The notes under the pieces are model-generated. The model had not been told where the DNA came from and did not search any database. It saw only the letters and a program-made list of their open reading frames with translations. A program made the position numbers and the translations under genes. A stretch of DNA of 64,000 bases, from assembly GCA_033762295.1 (NCBI GenBank), contig JANRLW010000090.1, positions 1 to 64,000 of the forward strand. The letters are read 5' to 3'. The stretch's first letter is position 1. The number at the start of each line of letters is the position of its first letter. This stretch comes from Capsulimonadales bacterium (GTDB lineage Bacteria > Armatimonadota > Armatimonadia > Armatimonadales > Armatimonadaceae). Positions 28,249 to 38,296 of the stretch are shown here, piece by piece.

Positions 28249-29622
28249 GTGATAGCGGTAACGCAGGCGGAAAAAGAATCGGTGGCTACAGGCGCTCCGC
28301 CACGTCGTGAGGCAACCGGCCGACCGGACGAGGAACAGATCGCCCGTCTCCTGAACGAGTACGTGCGTCGTCGCGATCGTTGCCAGGCAAAAGGCAGAAG
28401 TCGCGACACCCTGTCCCTGATCGAGATCAAGTCCCAGATCGCGCACCATTATACTTCCCTGGTCGAATCGGTAGCCCGCCGGTTCCTGGCGTCCGGCGAA
28501 CCGCAGGAAGACCTGGTGCAGGAGGGGTTCCTCGGATTGCTCTCCGCACTGGAGAACTACGATTCCGGTAAAGGGGTCAAGTTCAGCACCTACGCCACGC
28601 ATTTCATTGCCGGCGCGATCCGCCACTGCCTGCGCGACCGGGGAAAGATTATCAAGGAACCCGCATGGCTGCAGGAACTCTCCCATAAGATCAATCGGAC
28701 GCAGGACGCTCTGCATCAGAGCCTGGGACGGACCCCGCATCCGGGCGAGATCGCCCGCGTATTGAACCTGACCGAGGAGTCGGTGGAGGAGGTGCTGGCG
28801 ACCCGGCAGGTCTTCCAGGTGGCGTCCTTCGCCACCGCCTCCGACGACGGGGACGAATCGATGGTCGGTCTCGTCGACCCGGAAAAGATCCGTTCCGACC
28901 GTCACGTTACCCTGCAACTGCCGATCGAGGATCGGATCGTTCTGGACGCCGCCGCCGGGAAACTGAAGGCGCTCGAACAGAACGTTCTGCACGAGTTCTT
29001 TTACAAGGACCTGAGCCAGACGGAAATCGCCCGCAAAATGGGCATCTCCTGTAACTATGTTTCTCATATCCTGAAAAACTCGACCCAGAAACTACGGCGT
29101 ATCCTGGGAGAGGCCGAAATCCGTGACCGGAACCGCTCCGCCGAAACCTCGATCATCGATCCGGCCAGCGGCCTGTTTACGGCAGGCCATATTCTGGCGC
29201 GTCTCGACGAGGAGATCTCCCGATCGGCGCGTAGCGGGCAGGTGCTGGCGGTCGTGGTCATGCTGCTGGAGGGGATTCCGGCGGCGGGAATCCGCCGCGA
29301 GGAGGTCTGGAACCTCTGCGGTTCGACGGTCCGCGAATCGATCCGGCGCGTCGATATCGCCGGACGTTACGGGCACGACGGACTGGTGGTAATCCTTCCC
29401 CAGACCGGGGCGGCCGGAATGGTGGTGGCCGAACGTCTGCTCGATATACTGATGTCTGCCGGTGCGGCGCACCATACGCCCTTCACGGTGCGAATCGGCT
29501 TCGCGATGTACCCGGAGCAATGCCGAACCGGGCGCGACCTGATCGCTCTGGCCGCGAACGAAGCCAATTTCCCCGAAGAGAACCTGCCGGTTCCCGCGTC
29601 GGCAGGCCCGGTCGTCAAATAG
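28249..29622 (+). CDS. SigB/SigF-type sigma-70 factor fused to a degenerate GGDEF domain
   Basis: EDLVQEGFLGL, KFSTYA, LSQTEIARKMGISCNYVS; C-terminal DPASGLF, RRVDIAGRYGHDG. Confidence 0.88.
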   Translation: MIAVTQAEKESVATGAPPRREATGRPDEEQIARLLNEYVRRRDRCQAKGRSRDTLSLIEIKSQIAHHYTSLVESVARRFLASGEPQEDLVQEGFLGLLSALENYDSGKGVKFSTYATHFIAGAIRHCLRDRGKIIKEPAWLQELSHKINRTQDALHQSLGRTPHPGEIARVLNLTEESVEEVLATRQVFQVASFATASDDGDESMVGLVDPEKIRSDRHVTLQLPIEDRIVLDAAAGKLKALEQNVLHEFFYKDLSQTEIARKMGISCNYVSHILKNSTQKLRRILGEAEIRDRNRSAETSIIDPASGLFTAGHILARLDEEISRSARSGQVLAVVVMLLEGIPAAGIRREEVWNLCGSTVRESIRRVDIAGRYGHDGLVVILPQTGAAGMVVAERLLDILMSAGAAHHTPFTVRIGFAMYPEQCRTGRDLIALAANEANFPEENLPVPASAGPVVK

Positions 29623-32116
29623 GCGGAAACGAACCGGCACGGGTCTCGCCGACGGACAGCGTTCGCGCCTCCGGCGAACCGTCCGAAACGTCGCCCCATC
29701 CGTCCACTCCCACCGTCCGAACGCGCAGCGTACCGCCGCCGACCGTCAGAAGAAAGGCCCGCTCCGAACCCGTCGCGGTCAGGGTGATGGTCCCCCAGGC
29801 GTCTCCGTTCGACCAGAACCAGCGGGTCGTCGCCGCGTCCGGGGCGGCGAATCGTAGAGACTGCTCCTTACCGTCGTAACGGAAGCCGGTGAGGGCCAGG
29901 ATATATGCCCAGGACGCCATCGCTCGGGCGTAGTGATGCCCGCATTCGGCCTCGTTAAACGGGCTGCGCTTCCGACCGTCGTAACGGGCGCGCACGGCGG
30001 AGAGTAGTTTCAGCCCGGCGTCCCGCTGTCCTTCGAAAAGCATGTGCGCCGCGGCCTGATGTTCGAAGCCGGTCATCACCTCGTTGTAGTAGGGAAACGG
30101 CTGTTTCGGACGGCCTCCCTTCGGGTAGGTCGCCATCAGCATCGCTGATTCGTTCCCCAGCGCGAACGTCCGAAGATGGTTGAAGTGACCGTGCATCGAT
30201 TCCCGGAAATTGAATCGCATCAGGCTGTCGAGGGTACGTCGGACGTTCTCCGGTGCGAGCAAATACCCCAGTCCGCAAACGTGCGCGAGATACTGCCCGA
30301 CCAGCTGATCGATCAGGCAGCCCGCGCCCAGTTGAAGATCGGGTTCCCGGACGTCCTTCGCCCCCATGCTGTCGTGACGCAGTCCGGGGGCGATGTCCTC
30401 CGGACCGGACGGCGGAAGGATGCGGTGTTCGTAGTAGTCGCCGTTGAACAGTTCACGATCCATCAGAGCGGACCCGCTCCGGAAGAGGCGTTCGCAGCGT
30501 TCGGCGAACTCCCCTTCGTTCAGGTAGCGAGCCATTTCGGCGACGGCCCGCAGCGCGCCGAGATACCACGCGCCCATTTGCGGGTTCGGACCGTAGTACT
30601 CGACATCCATCGTGTTGTGCTGACATCCCTCCATCAGCCCGTCCTGGTCGGCGTCCCATCCGCCCGGAATCCAGCAGAAGGCCATCGCCTGTTTCGCGCG
30701 CGGCCAAAGGCGACGGAGAAAATCATCGTCTCCGGACAGACGCCATTCGCGGTACAGTTTCATCAGGCAGCCCATCTGACCGTCGGCCGCCGCCAGATTC
30801 CAGCGGCGCGTTTCGTCGGCGAGGGGCAGGTGAACACGAAAGGCCATGTGTCCGCGCCCGTCGGTGGCGAAGCCGAATTCCACCTCACGCATGGTGCGGG
30901 CCAGCGAACCGAAAAGGAAGGGGGTCGTCACTTCGTAGTTCCAGACATGGGTACAGGTGCCATGACAGCACCCGTCCCGGTCGTGGCACCCTTCCCAGCC
31001 GAAGAGTCGACCGTCGGGCAGGCGGAAGGTCGTCTGGGAGCGAAGCGTGGAGACATTGTACAGGGCGGCCTCCTTGACGACGGCGGGCAGGTCGGCCTCG
31101 ACCAGTGCGGTGACGAACGCGACCGTGTCCGCTTCCAGTGCCTCCCGTTCGGCGGCGACCCGTTCGGCCACCGCCCAGGCATCGGAAAACTGCGTCGCAT
31201 AATAGTTGCCGACCGTACCGCCGCCCTCCCAGGCGGAACGGTTGGGAAAATGCCAGGTGAGGAAAAAGACGAACGCCGAGGTTTCGCCGGGAGCGATCGT
31301 CCGTCGAACGCACAACGCCGCATTCGGCTCGGTCGGTCCCGGCACCTCGGACTCCAGTCGTCCGTCCTGATGAAAATCGTCCCAGAAATCGAGCAGACCG
31401 CCGTTCCAGGATTTCCGGGGCCAGCCAAGGCGATACGTGATGTCCGAGTCCTCCGTGACGGGCGTCGTCAGGGCGAGAGTGCCGGAGGTTTCGGCGTCGG
31501 CGGGTACCCCGTCGCTGCGGAGAAAGACCCCGCAGAGCGACGGCGTCAACCGCCATTCGTTACGGTTATCGTGCGCCAGTGCGTTCTTGCCGTCGTTTCC
31601 GATGAAGTTGGGCAGGGAGGCGACGATACTGACGGTCACGGCGTCGTCGTTCGGGTTACGGACCACGTAACGAAGGAGCGCGACCGGCAGGCCGCTCCGA
31701 TCCGCGTCCGGCGGAATCAGCGGATTGAGCGCCTGCAACCGAACGGACAGGGGAATGTCCGGGTCGGACAGAAGAACCTGGCCCAGAGGATAGGCGGCTT
31801 CGAACTCCGCATCGCGGAAACGGGGAAGCCCGTGGTTGGCGGCGGGACTGCCGAATCCGCCCTCGTAAAGCGCCGGATCGATCGGACCCTCCAGGCAGCG
31901 GACCACGGTTCCGCCGTCGCTGGTCGCCAGCCGCAGGGCGAAAAAGGCGTTCGGGGGGGTGAAGCCTTTGGCGGGACGCTGGGCGACCTCAAAATCCCGG
32001 AGGTCGCCGCGCCCTCCCAGACTGATGGTTCCGGTGCCGATACCCCCGAGCGGCAGGGCGATCTTCGCCAGATGGTCGCGATCGTAACGCGTCAGGACAG
32101 GCCAGGACACGGTCAT
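29615..32116 (-). CDS. GH116 glucosylceramidase / beta-glucosidase family
   Basis: PLGGIGTG, GWEGC, CTHVWNY, QHNTMD, ECGHHYARAMASW. Confidence 0.88.
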   Translation of the reverse strand: MTVSWPVLTRYDRDHLAKIALPLGGIGTGTISLGGRGDLRDFEVAQRPAKGFTPPNAFFALRLATSDGGTVVRCLEGPIDPALYEGGFGSPAANHGLPRFRDAEFEAAYPLGQVLLSDPDIPLSVRLQALNPLIPPDADRSGLPVALLRYVVRNPNDDAVTVSIVASLPNFIGNDGKNALAHDNRNEWRLTPSLCGVFLRSDGVPADAETSGTLALTTPVTEDSDITYRLGWPRKSWNGGLLDFWDDFHQDGRLESEVPGPTEPNAALCVRRTIAPGETSAFVFFLTWHFPNRSAWEGGGTVGNYYATQFSDAWAVAERVAAEREALEADTVAFVTALVEADLPAVVKEAALYNVSTLRSQTTFRLPDGRLFGWEGCHDRDGCCHGTCTHVWNYEVTTPFLFGSLARTMREVEFGFATDGRGHMAFRVHLPLADETRRWNLAAADGQMGCLMKLYREWRLSGDDDFLRRLWPRAKQAMAFCWIPGGWDADQDGLMEGCQHNTMDVEYYGPNPQMGAWYLGALRAVAEMARYLNEGEFAERCERLFRSGSALMDRELFNGDYYEHRILPPSGPEDIAPGLRHDSMGAKDVREPDLQLGAGCLIDQLVGQYLAHVCGLGYLLAPENVRRTLDSLMRFNFRESMHGHFNHLRTFALGNESAMLMATYPKGGRPKQPFPYYNEVMTGFEHQAAAHMLFEGQRDAGLKLLSAVRARYDGRKRSPFNEAECGHHYARAMASWAYILALTGFRYDGKEQSLRFAAPDAATTRWFWSNGDAWGTITLTATGSERAFLLTVGGGTLRVRTVGVDGWGDVSDGSPEARTLSVGETRAGSFPPI

Positions 32117-33096
32117 TTGAGAAAGCCCTCCCGTGCGGCGCGGACAAGAAGGTGGGTACCGTCGGTATGATCCTGCGTAATCTCCCAGAAGAAGATTCCC
32201 GAGAGGCCCTGCTTTTTCGCCCAAGCGCCTTTTTCCCGCGCCGATTCGGTGTCCTCGTAGGAGATCACTTCGTCGCCGCGCGGCGAGACCAGATACGGAA
32301 CCCCGGCCTTTTGATCCCGGACCCGTTTCCATCCCATACGCAGCAGGGCGTCCACCTCCTGCCAGCCGACATATTCATGGGGCGCGCGTTGTCCCTTCAC
32401 CGTACGGTCGCCCAGTTGGCGGACGGCGAACCCCCGTCCGTAGAGGGGAATCCCGAGCAGCAATTTATCCGCGGGAAACCCTTTGGTTTTGGTCCAGTAT
32501 TCGATGGATACGGTGTTGCTGATGCCCCCATCGCCGGGATAGGGGTACGGATTGGCGTTGTGTCCCGACGTATCGCTCCACGGACCGTGGTAGTCGTAGG
32601 TCATGATATTGATGAAATCGAGGCACGGCAGAAGGGTTCGGACGTCGAACCATTTGCCGCCCCAGGAGGAGGCCGGAACCGCCATGGTTAACGGAACTTC
32701 CCGACCCAGGGTGTCGCGCAGGCGGGTCACCAGGGCGTTCATTTTCTCGGCGTCCGCCGCGCTGTCATGCGCCTCCCAGTCGATATCGATCCCGTCATAA
32801 CCCTCCTTGCCGACCGAACGGACCAACCCGTCCACCAGACGATCGAAGGCGGACTTGTCCCCGATAATGGCGGAAAGCGACTTATTGCTGTTCGCGCCCC
32901 CGAGGGATAGCAGCGTTTTGACGCCGCGAGAACGGGCGCGGGCGCACAGATCGCCGGCCCGGGCAGGCAGGGTCAATGTGCCGTCGGGACGCGTGCGGGC
33001 AAAGGCGTGGCAGAGGTGGGTAAAAAGGGTGTAATCGATCCGATCGGGCGGAACCCGGGTGACCCAATCCGGATAGTAGCCAAGGACACGTCGCAT
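32113..33096 (-). CDS. GH18 chitinase-like hydrolase
   Basis: SLGG, DGIDIDWE (DxDxE intact), MTYD, FFWE. Confidence 0.9.
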   Translation of the reverse strand: MRRVLGYYPDWVTRVPPDRIDYTLFTHLCHAFARTRPDGTLTLPARAGDLCARARSRGVKTLLSLGGANSNKSLSAIIGDKSAFDRLVDGLVRSVGKEGYDGIDIDWEAHDSAADAEKMNALVTRLRDTLGREVPLTMAVPASSWGGKWFDVRTLLPCLDFINIMTYDYHGPWSDTSGHNANPYPYPGDGGISNTVSIEYWTKTKGFPADKLLLGIPLYGRGFAVRQLGDRTVKGQRAPHEYVGWQEVDALLRMGWKRVRDQKAGVPYLVSPRGDEVISYEDTESAREKGAWAKKQGLSGIFFWEITQDHTDGTHLLVRAAREGFLK

Positions 33097-33272
33097 AGGT
33101 AACAGTTCGCGATCGGCGGCGGTTTTGCCTCCGTCCCTGCATGCGACGTGGGGAAGATCCGCGAAAGTGCGTCATCGATCTTGTAAGACACTCCGATTAG
33201 AATATACATTTGTATAGTAAAATTCGGAACAAGCTTTGGGTGGTAACGTATTCGGGGTGGAGGTGCAGCCAT

Positions 33273-34037
33273 ATGACGGAAATCGAAGCGGAAAAAGCGG
33301 TCACCCAGCTGAATCGGTTGCGGCAACAGGCGCAATGGTGGCGTATCGGAACCGCCGTGGTGCTGGTCGGTGGTACCATCGCCAGCATTGCCAGTATATC
33401 GACAGCGGTGAACGGATTGACCAGACCTGGCCCGCGTCAGGATATATTTACGCGGGAGATATCGAACGGCCTGCAGGAGCGAGTGTTGCCCCAGGTTCGA
33501 ACGATCGCTCAGCAAACGATCGCTGAGACGAGGCCGCAGGTCGAGAAAGAGTTCGCCCGCGCCGGGGAACGACTGCCCGAAGTCACCGAGGCGGCCGTGA
33601 ACGAACTGCAGATGCTCGAGCGGAACGTCACGGCGAGCGGCGAGAAGGCCATTTCCGCCACCCTGATGCCGGTGCTGGAGAAGAAGGAGCAGAAGATCCG
33701 CACGATGTTCCCGGAGGCGACCGAGGAGAACGTCCGCGCGGTCATGACGACCCTGAAAGACGAGACCGAGCAGCGCGCGGTAACGATCGCGGACCGGTTG
33801 TTTGATCGGCACCTGACGTCATTAAACAATATTGTGACGAGTATCGAGACGATTCGAATGTCGGAAAAGCCCGTGGCCGATGATGAGGCGGCCGGCTGGG
33901 AAATGGGACTGGCCGCCCTGGATGTGGTAAGGGACGAACTGCGGGAGATGGTTCCTGACCCGGCGACGAACAACCCGCCGGGGCCGGGTTCGCAGACGCG
34001 TGTCGCGGATTCCCGCAGAAAGGAAGCGCAACGATGA
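33273..34037 (+). CDS. Hypothetical protein with N-terminal TM and helical domain
   Basis: GGAGG SD, one TM, amphipathic helices. Confidence 0.7.
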   Translation: MTEIEAEKAVTQLNRLRQQAQWWRIGTAVVLVGGTIASIASISTAVNGLTRPGPRQDIFTREISNGLQERVLPQVRTIAQQTIAETRPQVEKEFARAGERLPEVTEAAVNELQMLERNVTASGEKAISATLMPVLEKKEQKIRTMFPEATEENVRAVMTTLKDETEQRAVTIADRLFDRHLTSLNNIVTSIETIRMSEKPVADDEAAGWEMGLAALDVVRDELREMVPDPATNNPPGPGSQTRVADSRRKEAQR

Positions 34038-34864
34038 GCAGGATTTATACGGGGTCCGATCCGGGCGAACCGAACGTCCCGGGAAACGGGGTGCCGGGCG
34101 AGGGCAGTGTGGCCGGAGTCGGCGGTGAGTCCGTCGCGGAACGGCATCTGGGCCATGAAGTCGTTCGCGCTCGAAAGCAGCTTTTCTGGACGCAGATCGG
34201 TAGCGTTGCCCTCTCCGTCATTACCCTGGGATATCTGACCTACCTGACTACCGCCCTGAACCGGACGCTGGAGCCGAAAGCGGCCTCCGAAGTGGCCCTC
34301 GGAATTGTTCAGCAGCAGGTGGAGGAGCGAACGGAGGAGCTTTCGAACGACCTGAAAACGCGGATTCCGGAACTGATCTCCGGCTTTCCGGACTATGCCA
34401 AGCAACAACTGCCGCTTTACCGGCAGCAACTGGAACAGCAGATCGATACCGACCTGCAACGGTATCTCAGGGAGCACACCGGCGAACTCGATCGGATGAC
34501 GGATGAGGTACTTGAGGAGAACCGTGAGACGGTCTCCGCATTGCTGAAGGACGGCAAGGACCCGGCCATCGTCCGCGAGCTCGGAAACGATTTGCAGGAA
34601 AAGATGCTGCAAACGCTCAACGAGGTTTCGGTGGGCGGGGAAACCCTGACCGCCAAGCTGGACGCGTCCCTCTCGCGTCTCACCGAACTGGAAACCCGAA
34701 TGACCCGGCTGGCGGCGAACCGGAATCTCACGCCTTCCGAAAAAAAGGCGCGGCGAGCCATCGCCCTGCTGGCTTCGCGTGTGGAAAAGGCCCGGTTGTC
34801 CGGTCCTTTGCCGGTCAGCTTGCCGGTCGGCGGATCAACGAACACCGCTCCGGCCTCGCTCTGA
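34034..34864 (+). CDS. Hypothetical protein with N-terminal TM and helical domain
   Basis: ATGA overlap, one TM, E/Q/L-rich helices. Confidence 0.7.
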   Translation: MSRIYTGSDPGEPNVPGNGVPGEGSVAGVGGESVAERHLGHEVVRARKQLFWTQIGSVALSVITLGYLTYLTTALNRTLEPKAASEVALGIVQQQVEERTEELSNDLKTRIPELISGFPDYAKQQLPLYRQQLEQQIDTDLQRYLREHTGELDRMTDEVLEENRETVSALLKDGKDPAIVRELGNDLQEKMLQTLNEVSVGGETLTAKLDASLSRLTELETRMTRLAANRNLTPSEKKARRAIALLASRVEKARLSGPLPVSLPVGGSTNTAPASL

Positions 34865-34873
34865 GTCCGGTTC

Positions 34874-34902
34874 ATCCCGCCGACGTCGGACGTCGGCGGG
34901 AT
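34874..34902. terminator. Inverted repeat between convergent genes
   Basis: ATCCCGCCGACGTC-G-GACGTCGGCGGGAT. Confidence 0.6.
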
Positions 34903-34914
34903 AGATCAAAGCCA

Positions 34915-36558
34915 TTAACGGCGCGATTCGGCCAACGGCTCCCGGCGGGACATACGCGACGGCAGCGCGACCACCCGGTTCCGTCCGCCGTTTTTCGCCG
35001 CGTAAAGTGCGGTATCGACACCATGGAGCAATGCTTCCAGATTGGAACCGTGTTCAGGACTCATTGCGACCCCCACCGAGAGCGTCACATGAACCGGTTT
35101 GCCCTGAACCATTACCGGCGTGGACTGGAACAGGTCCCGCCACTTTTCTCCTCGTTCGGTGGCCTCTCGGAGCGAGACGCCCGGAAGAACCACGACAAAC
35201 TCCTCGCCCCCGAACCGGCAGGCGAACTCCGGGTTGATAATCTGCGTTCGAAGCATTCCGGCCAGGCAGGTGATGACCGTATCGCCGGCGGCGTGTCCGT
35301 GGCGATCATTGATCTGTTTGAAGTAATCGATATCGAGCATGACCAGGCTGATCGGATTGCGCGTCGCCGACAGCTGGTATTCCAGCATTTGCAAGAGAAA
35401 ACGCCGGTTGTACAGCCCCGTTAACGGATCGCGGTTCGCCTGTTCCTGCAGGCGGTCCTTCAGTCCGTGAATCTCATCCAGCTGGTCCTTCAGGCAGTTG
35501 TTGAGATGCCGAAGCTCCTGCTCCGCTTCCCGGTACTCGGTAACGTCCCGTAGAACGATCATCTGTCCGAGCGATGGCGCGTTCCGCTCCGACAGGGAGG
35601 CGATACGAATATTGAAATAACGACCGGGGCTCTCGGGCAGGTCGCGTTCGATACCCTCGGCAGGAAATTCCGACTCCTCGGCGATGAGCTGCGCGAGGGT
35701 CGGGCAGATCCGATCCAGCGATTGACCGATCCGCAGATCCGCCGGGAGTTTGAGCAACGTTCGCGCCGCCGGATTGGCGTCGATCAACCGTCTCTGACCG
35801 TCGATGACCAGAAGGCCATCGGTCATGCTCTCCACCAGACGATCCCGTGCGACCGGCGCGAGATCAAACAGGCCCCGGTGCGATAAGGCGAGCAGAATCC
35901 AGAGGCCGCTGATGCCGAAAAAGAACGGTGTGGGGTCCACCCCCGGTATCGGAAACTTCCCTGACAGATAGACGATATTGCCGATAAACGGGAAGAAAAT
36001 CCCAAGAAGAATGGCGAACGTTTGTTGTTTGTACAGGGTATGCTGTCGAACGACGCCACGAACGAGCATAATCGTCCCCGAGACGAGGAGGATGTAGCCG
36101 TAAAAGGCAAAAACCCAGAAGACCGGCCCGTGTTCGTAAATGAGGGAGCTGTTCGGGGCGGAGGTTCGGGGAACGACGGTGGGCCAGACCAGGCGATGGG
36201 AGTCGTTCGTCAGGACGGCGACAATGGTCAGTACGGGCAGCATGAAGAACAGAGGAAGCAGCGAATTACGGACCGTCCGGATGCGTTCCTGGTAGCGCAG
36301 GGCAAAAATGAACCAGAAGACCGGCAGGGTGGCGATACCGAAGTAGGCCATCTTGGAGCAGAAAATCTTATCAGGGGCGGACGGGACCAGGGTTTCCGCG
36401 GCCTGGGCCAGTGTCCAGATCGTACAGGAAATGAGGGCAAGCGTAAACCACTGGCTGCCGGGCGTCAGACGACGACGCCAGGAGAGAAGCGCCGCGACGA
36501 CACAGAGGGTCGCCGCACCGCATAGCGCGACGACTTCCGGACGAAACAGGGTATTCAT
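34915..36558 (-). CDS. Diguanylate cyclase (HisKA_7TM - PAS - GGDEF)
   Basis: About 7 TM segments with LTNDSHRL, PAS, RDPLTGLYNRR, GHAAGD, RFGGEEF. Confidence 0.92.
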   Translation of the reverse strand: MNTLFRPEVVALCGAATLCVVAALLSWRRRLTPGSQWFTLALISCTIWTLAQAAETLVPSAPDKIFCSKMAYFGIATLPVFWFIFALRYQERIRTVRNSLLPLFFMLPVLTIVAVLTNDSHRLVWPTVVPRTSAPNSSLIYEHGPVFWVFAFYGYILLVSGTIMLVRGVVRQHTLYKQQTFAILLGIFFPFIGNIVYLSGKFPIPGVDPTPFFFGISGLWILLALSHRGLFDLAPVARDRLVESMTDGLLVIDGQRRLIDANPAARTLLKLPADLRIGQSLDRICPTLAQLIAEESEFPAEGIERDLPESPGRYFNIRIASLSERNAPSLGQMIVLRDVTEYREAEQELRHLNNCLKDQLDEIHGLKDRLQEQANRDPLTGLYNRRFLLQMLEYQLSATRNPISLVMLDIDYFKQINDRHGHAAGDTVITCLAGMLRTQIINPEFACRFGGEEFVVVLPGVSLREATERGEKWRDLFQSTPVMVQGKPVHVTLSVGVAMSPEHGSNLEALLHGVDTALYAAKNGGRNRVVALPSRMSRREPLAESRR

Positions 36559-36710
36559 CCCTTTTCCCTTCGGGCATCCGATGGATTGGCCGGAACCACG
36601 AACATGGTGACGAACGCTTTCTCCCCCTTCTATTTTTACAGGTTTCGCGAATTTCGATAGGGTGGTTTCGGGGAATCGGGCGAAACGGGGAGCGCGATTT
36701 GCCCGGTCGG

Positions 36711-37415
36711 TTAACCGGTTCGGTTCAGGAGAACGCCCTGGATCCAGTCGTGGATCAGAAAGTGAATCCGACCGATCAGGAGGGACATCCGCGCCATGAT
36801 GGTCGAACCGAAAATCGCACCGAAGGCGAACATCAGCAGAAACCGCCCGATACGGGCGATGGCCGGTGTGATCTTTCCTTTCTGTTCGAACGAGAAGAAG
36901 AAGTAGGTCATCACCGAAACCAGAATCGCGAGAAAAAGAAGGTTGTTGAGGACCGCGGAGAAGGGAGTCAGAAAGTAGGCGGTCGGCGCGGCGGCCTCGG
37001 GCGGGTTCAGGAGCGGCATATTGACGGCGGCGCGAATCTGCGGAAAATAGAAGGCCGCGAACCCCTGGAAGGCACGTCCCGCCGCCGCGCCGAAGAACAG
37101 CCCGAAGATCAGGCGGCTGAGCCAGGCGTGTTTTTTGGAGTAGATGAAATAGAACAGCAGGCCGGCGGGGACGGCGAACGCCCACCACCACATCCCTTTG
37201 GTGGTCATCGGCTCCCACCACCGTGGCTTCAGGACGTCGTTCCAGGTCGTGTAGATGGTATAACCCGTCGCCAGACCGATGAACAGGTGCTCGAAAAAGC
37301 GAAAGACCTTGTTTTCCTTGTATAAGACCGAATAGATGCCGAGGGTGCAAAGAGCGGCCAGCCAGACCGAGATCACCTTGATAAGGGGGGCGTTGTCAAA
37401 GAGGCCCATGGTCAC
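36711..37415 (-). CDS. Polytopic membrane protein (DUF6754 operon)
   Basis: About 6 TM; YKENKVFRFFEHLFIG, FGAIFGSTIMARMSLL. Confidence 0.8.
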   Translation of the reverse strand: MTMGLFDNAPLIKVISVWLAALCTLGIYSVLYKENKVFRFFEHLFIGLATGYTIYTTWNDVLKPRWWEPMTTKGMWWWAFAVPAGLLFYFIYSKKHAWLSRLIFGLFFGAAAGRAFQGFAAFYFPQIRAAVNMPLLNPPEAAAPTAYFLTPFSAVLNNLLFLAILVSVMTYFFFSFEQKGKITPAIARIGRFLLMFAFGAIFGSTIMARMSLLIGRIHFLIHDWIQGVLLNRTG

Positions 37416-38293
37416 TCCTCCTCTCGCAGACGCGCCAGCCGACGTTGTGCGAACATCCCGGCGTTCCCAAGGGCGATCAGCAGGACGATCAGCAACTGGG
37501 AGTAGGAAAGCGGCGCGGAGACACCGGAACCGAACCCCGGCTCGTTGAGCAACTGTTCGTACTCGGTCGCGCCGTTCAGCCCGGCCAGCATGCCGCTCAA
37601 CTGGCCGGACGCGAGCAGCGGGAAGGCCTCGGGCGCCATGACGTTGGTGGGGCAGTAGAGGGTCGGAATCGGTTCCTCGCCGACGCGCTGAAAGAACGCG
37701 ATCCAGAGCTGCAGGGTATTGGAGGAGGCGACCTCGACAATCATACCGATATCGTTGACCGTGCGAATCCCCTGCATCACCGGGATCTCCGCGAGCGGCG
37801 TCCCGTTGATATCGTTGCCGAAGTTGCCGGGGATATCCCGAACGGCGGCTTTAAGCAGCGGCTCGACCGAGTCGGGCGGACGGAAGCCGAAGTGGACATA
37901 ATCCCGCCCGTATTCGTAACCGTAGCGCGAGGCGAGTTTCTCGGCGGAAGCTTTGCCGAGTTCGCGGCCCTGCGGCGTCGAGAAGGCGAAAAGCGCGAAT
38001 TTCAACCGCTTTCGCATCAGGTGGTGCAGCACCGCCTCGGTCTGCGTCTGGTTCTCCGCCGAGGTGCCCGAACCGTAGTTGGTACAGAGGATCACGAGTT
38101 TGTGTCGCCGGGCCGGGTCATCGGCGAACTGCTCGACGGTCCGGAAGAACTGGCGCGACTGCGGGGTGATCGCGACGGGCGGGACCGGAAGACGAATGAC
38201 CATCGGCAGGGCGACGGTCGCCGCCAGCAGGAGATACAAAACGCGGCGGTCGATCCGCTGTCCGCGCACCAGAAGAACCAGAAGGGGGCGCAT
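37412..38293 (-). CDS. Membrane protein with soluble alpha/beta domain (DUF6754 operon)
   Basis: N- and C-terminal TMs; YGRDYVHFGF, GLNGATEYE. Confidence 0.8.
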   Translation of the reverse strand: MRPLLVLLVRGQRIDRRVLYLLLAATVALPMVIRLPVPPVAITPQSRQFFRTVEQFADDPARRHKLVILCTNYGSGTSAENQTQTEAVLHHLMRKRLKFALFAFSTPQGRELGKASAEKLASRYGYEYGRDYVHFGFRPPDSVEPLLKAAVRDIPGNFGNDINGTPLAEIPVMQGIRTVNDIGMIVEVASSNTLQLWIAFFQRVGEEPIPTLYCPTNVMAPEAFPLLASGQLSGMLAGLNGATEYEQLLNEPGFGSGVSAPLSYSQLLIVLLIALGNAGMFAQRRLARLREEE

Positions 38294-38296
38294 TCC

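Noticed and set aside
30176..32170. 664-aa plus-strand ORF
   Set aside because: Antisense to GH116
36559..37350. 264-aa N-terminal extension of the cyclase
   Set aside because: Overlaps the real membrane-protein gene in another frame; purine-rich SD before ATG 36558
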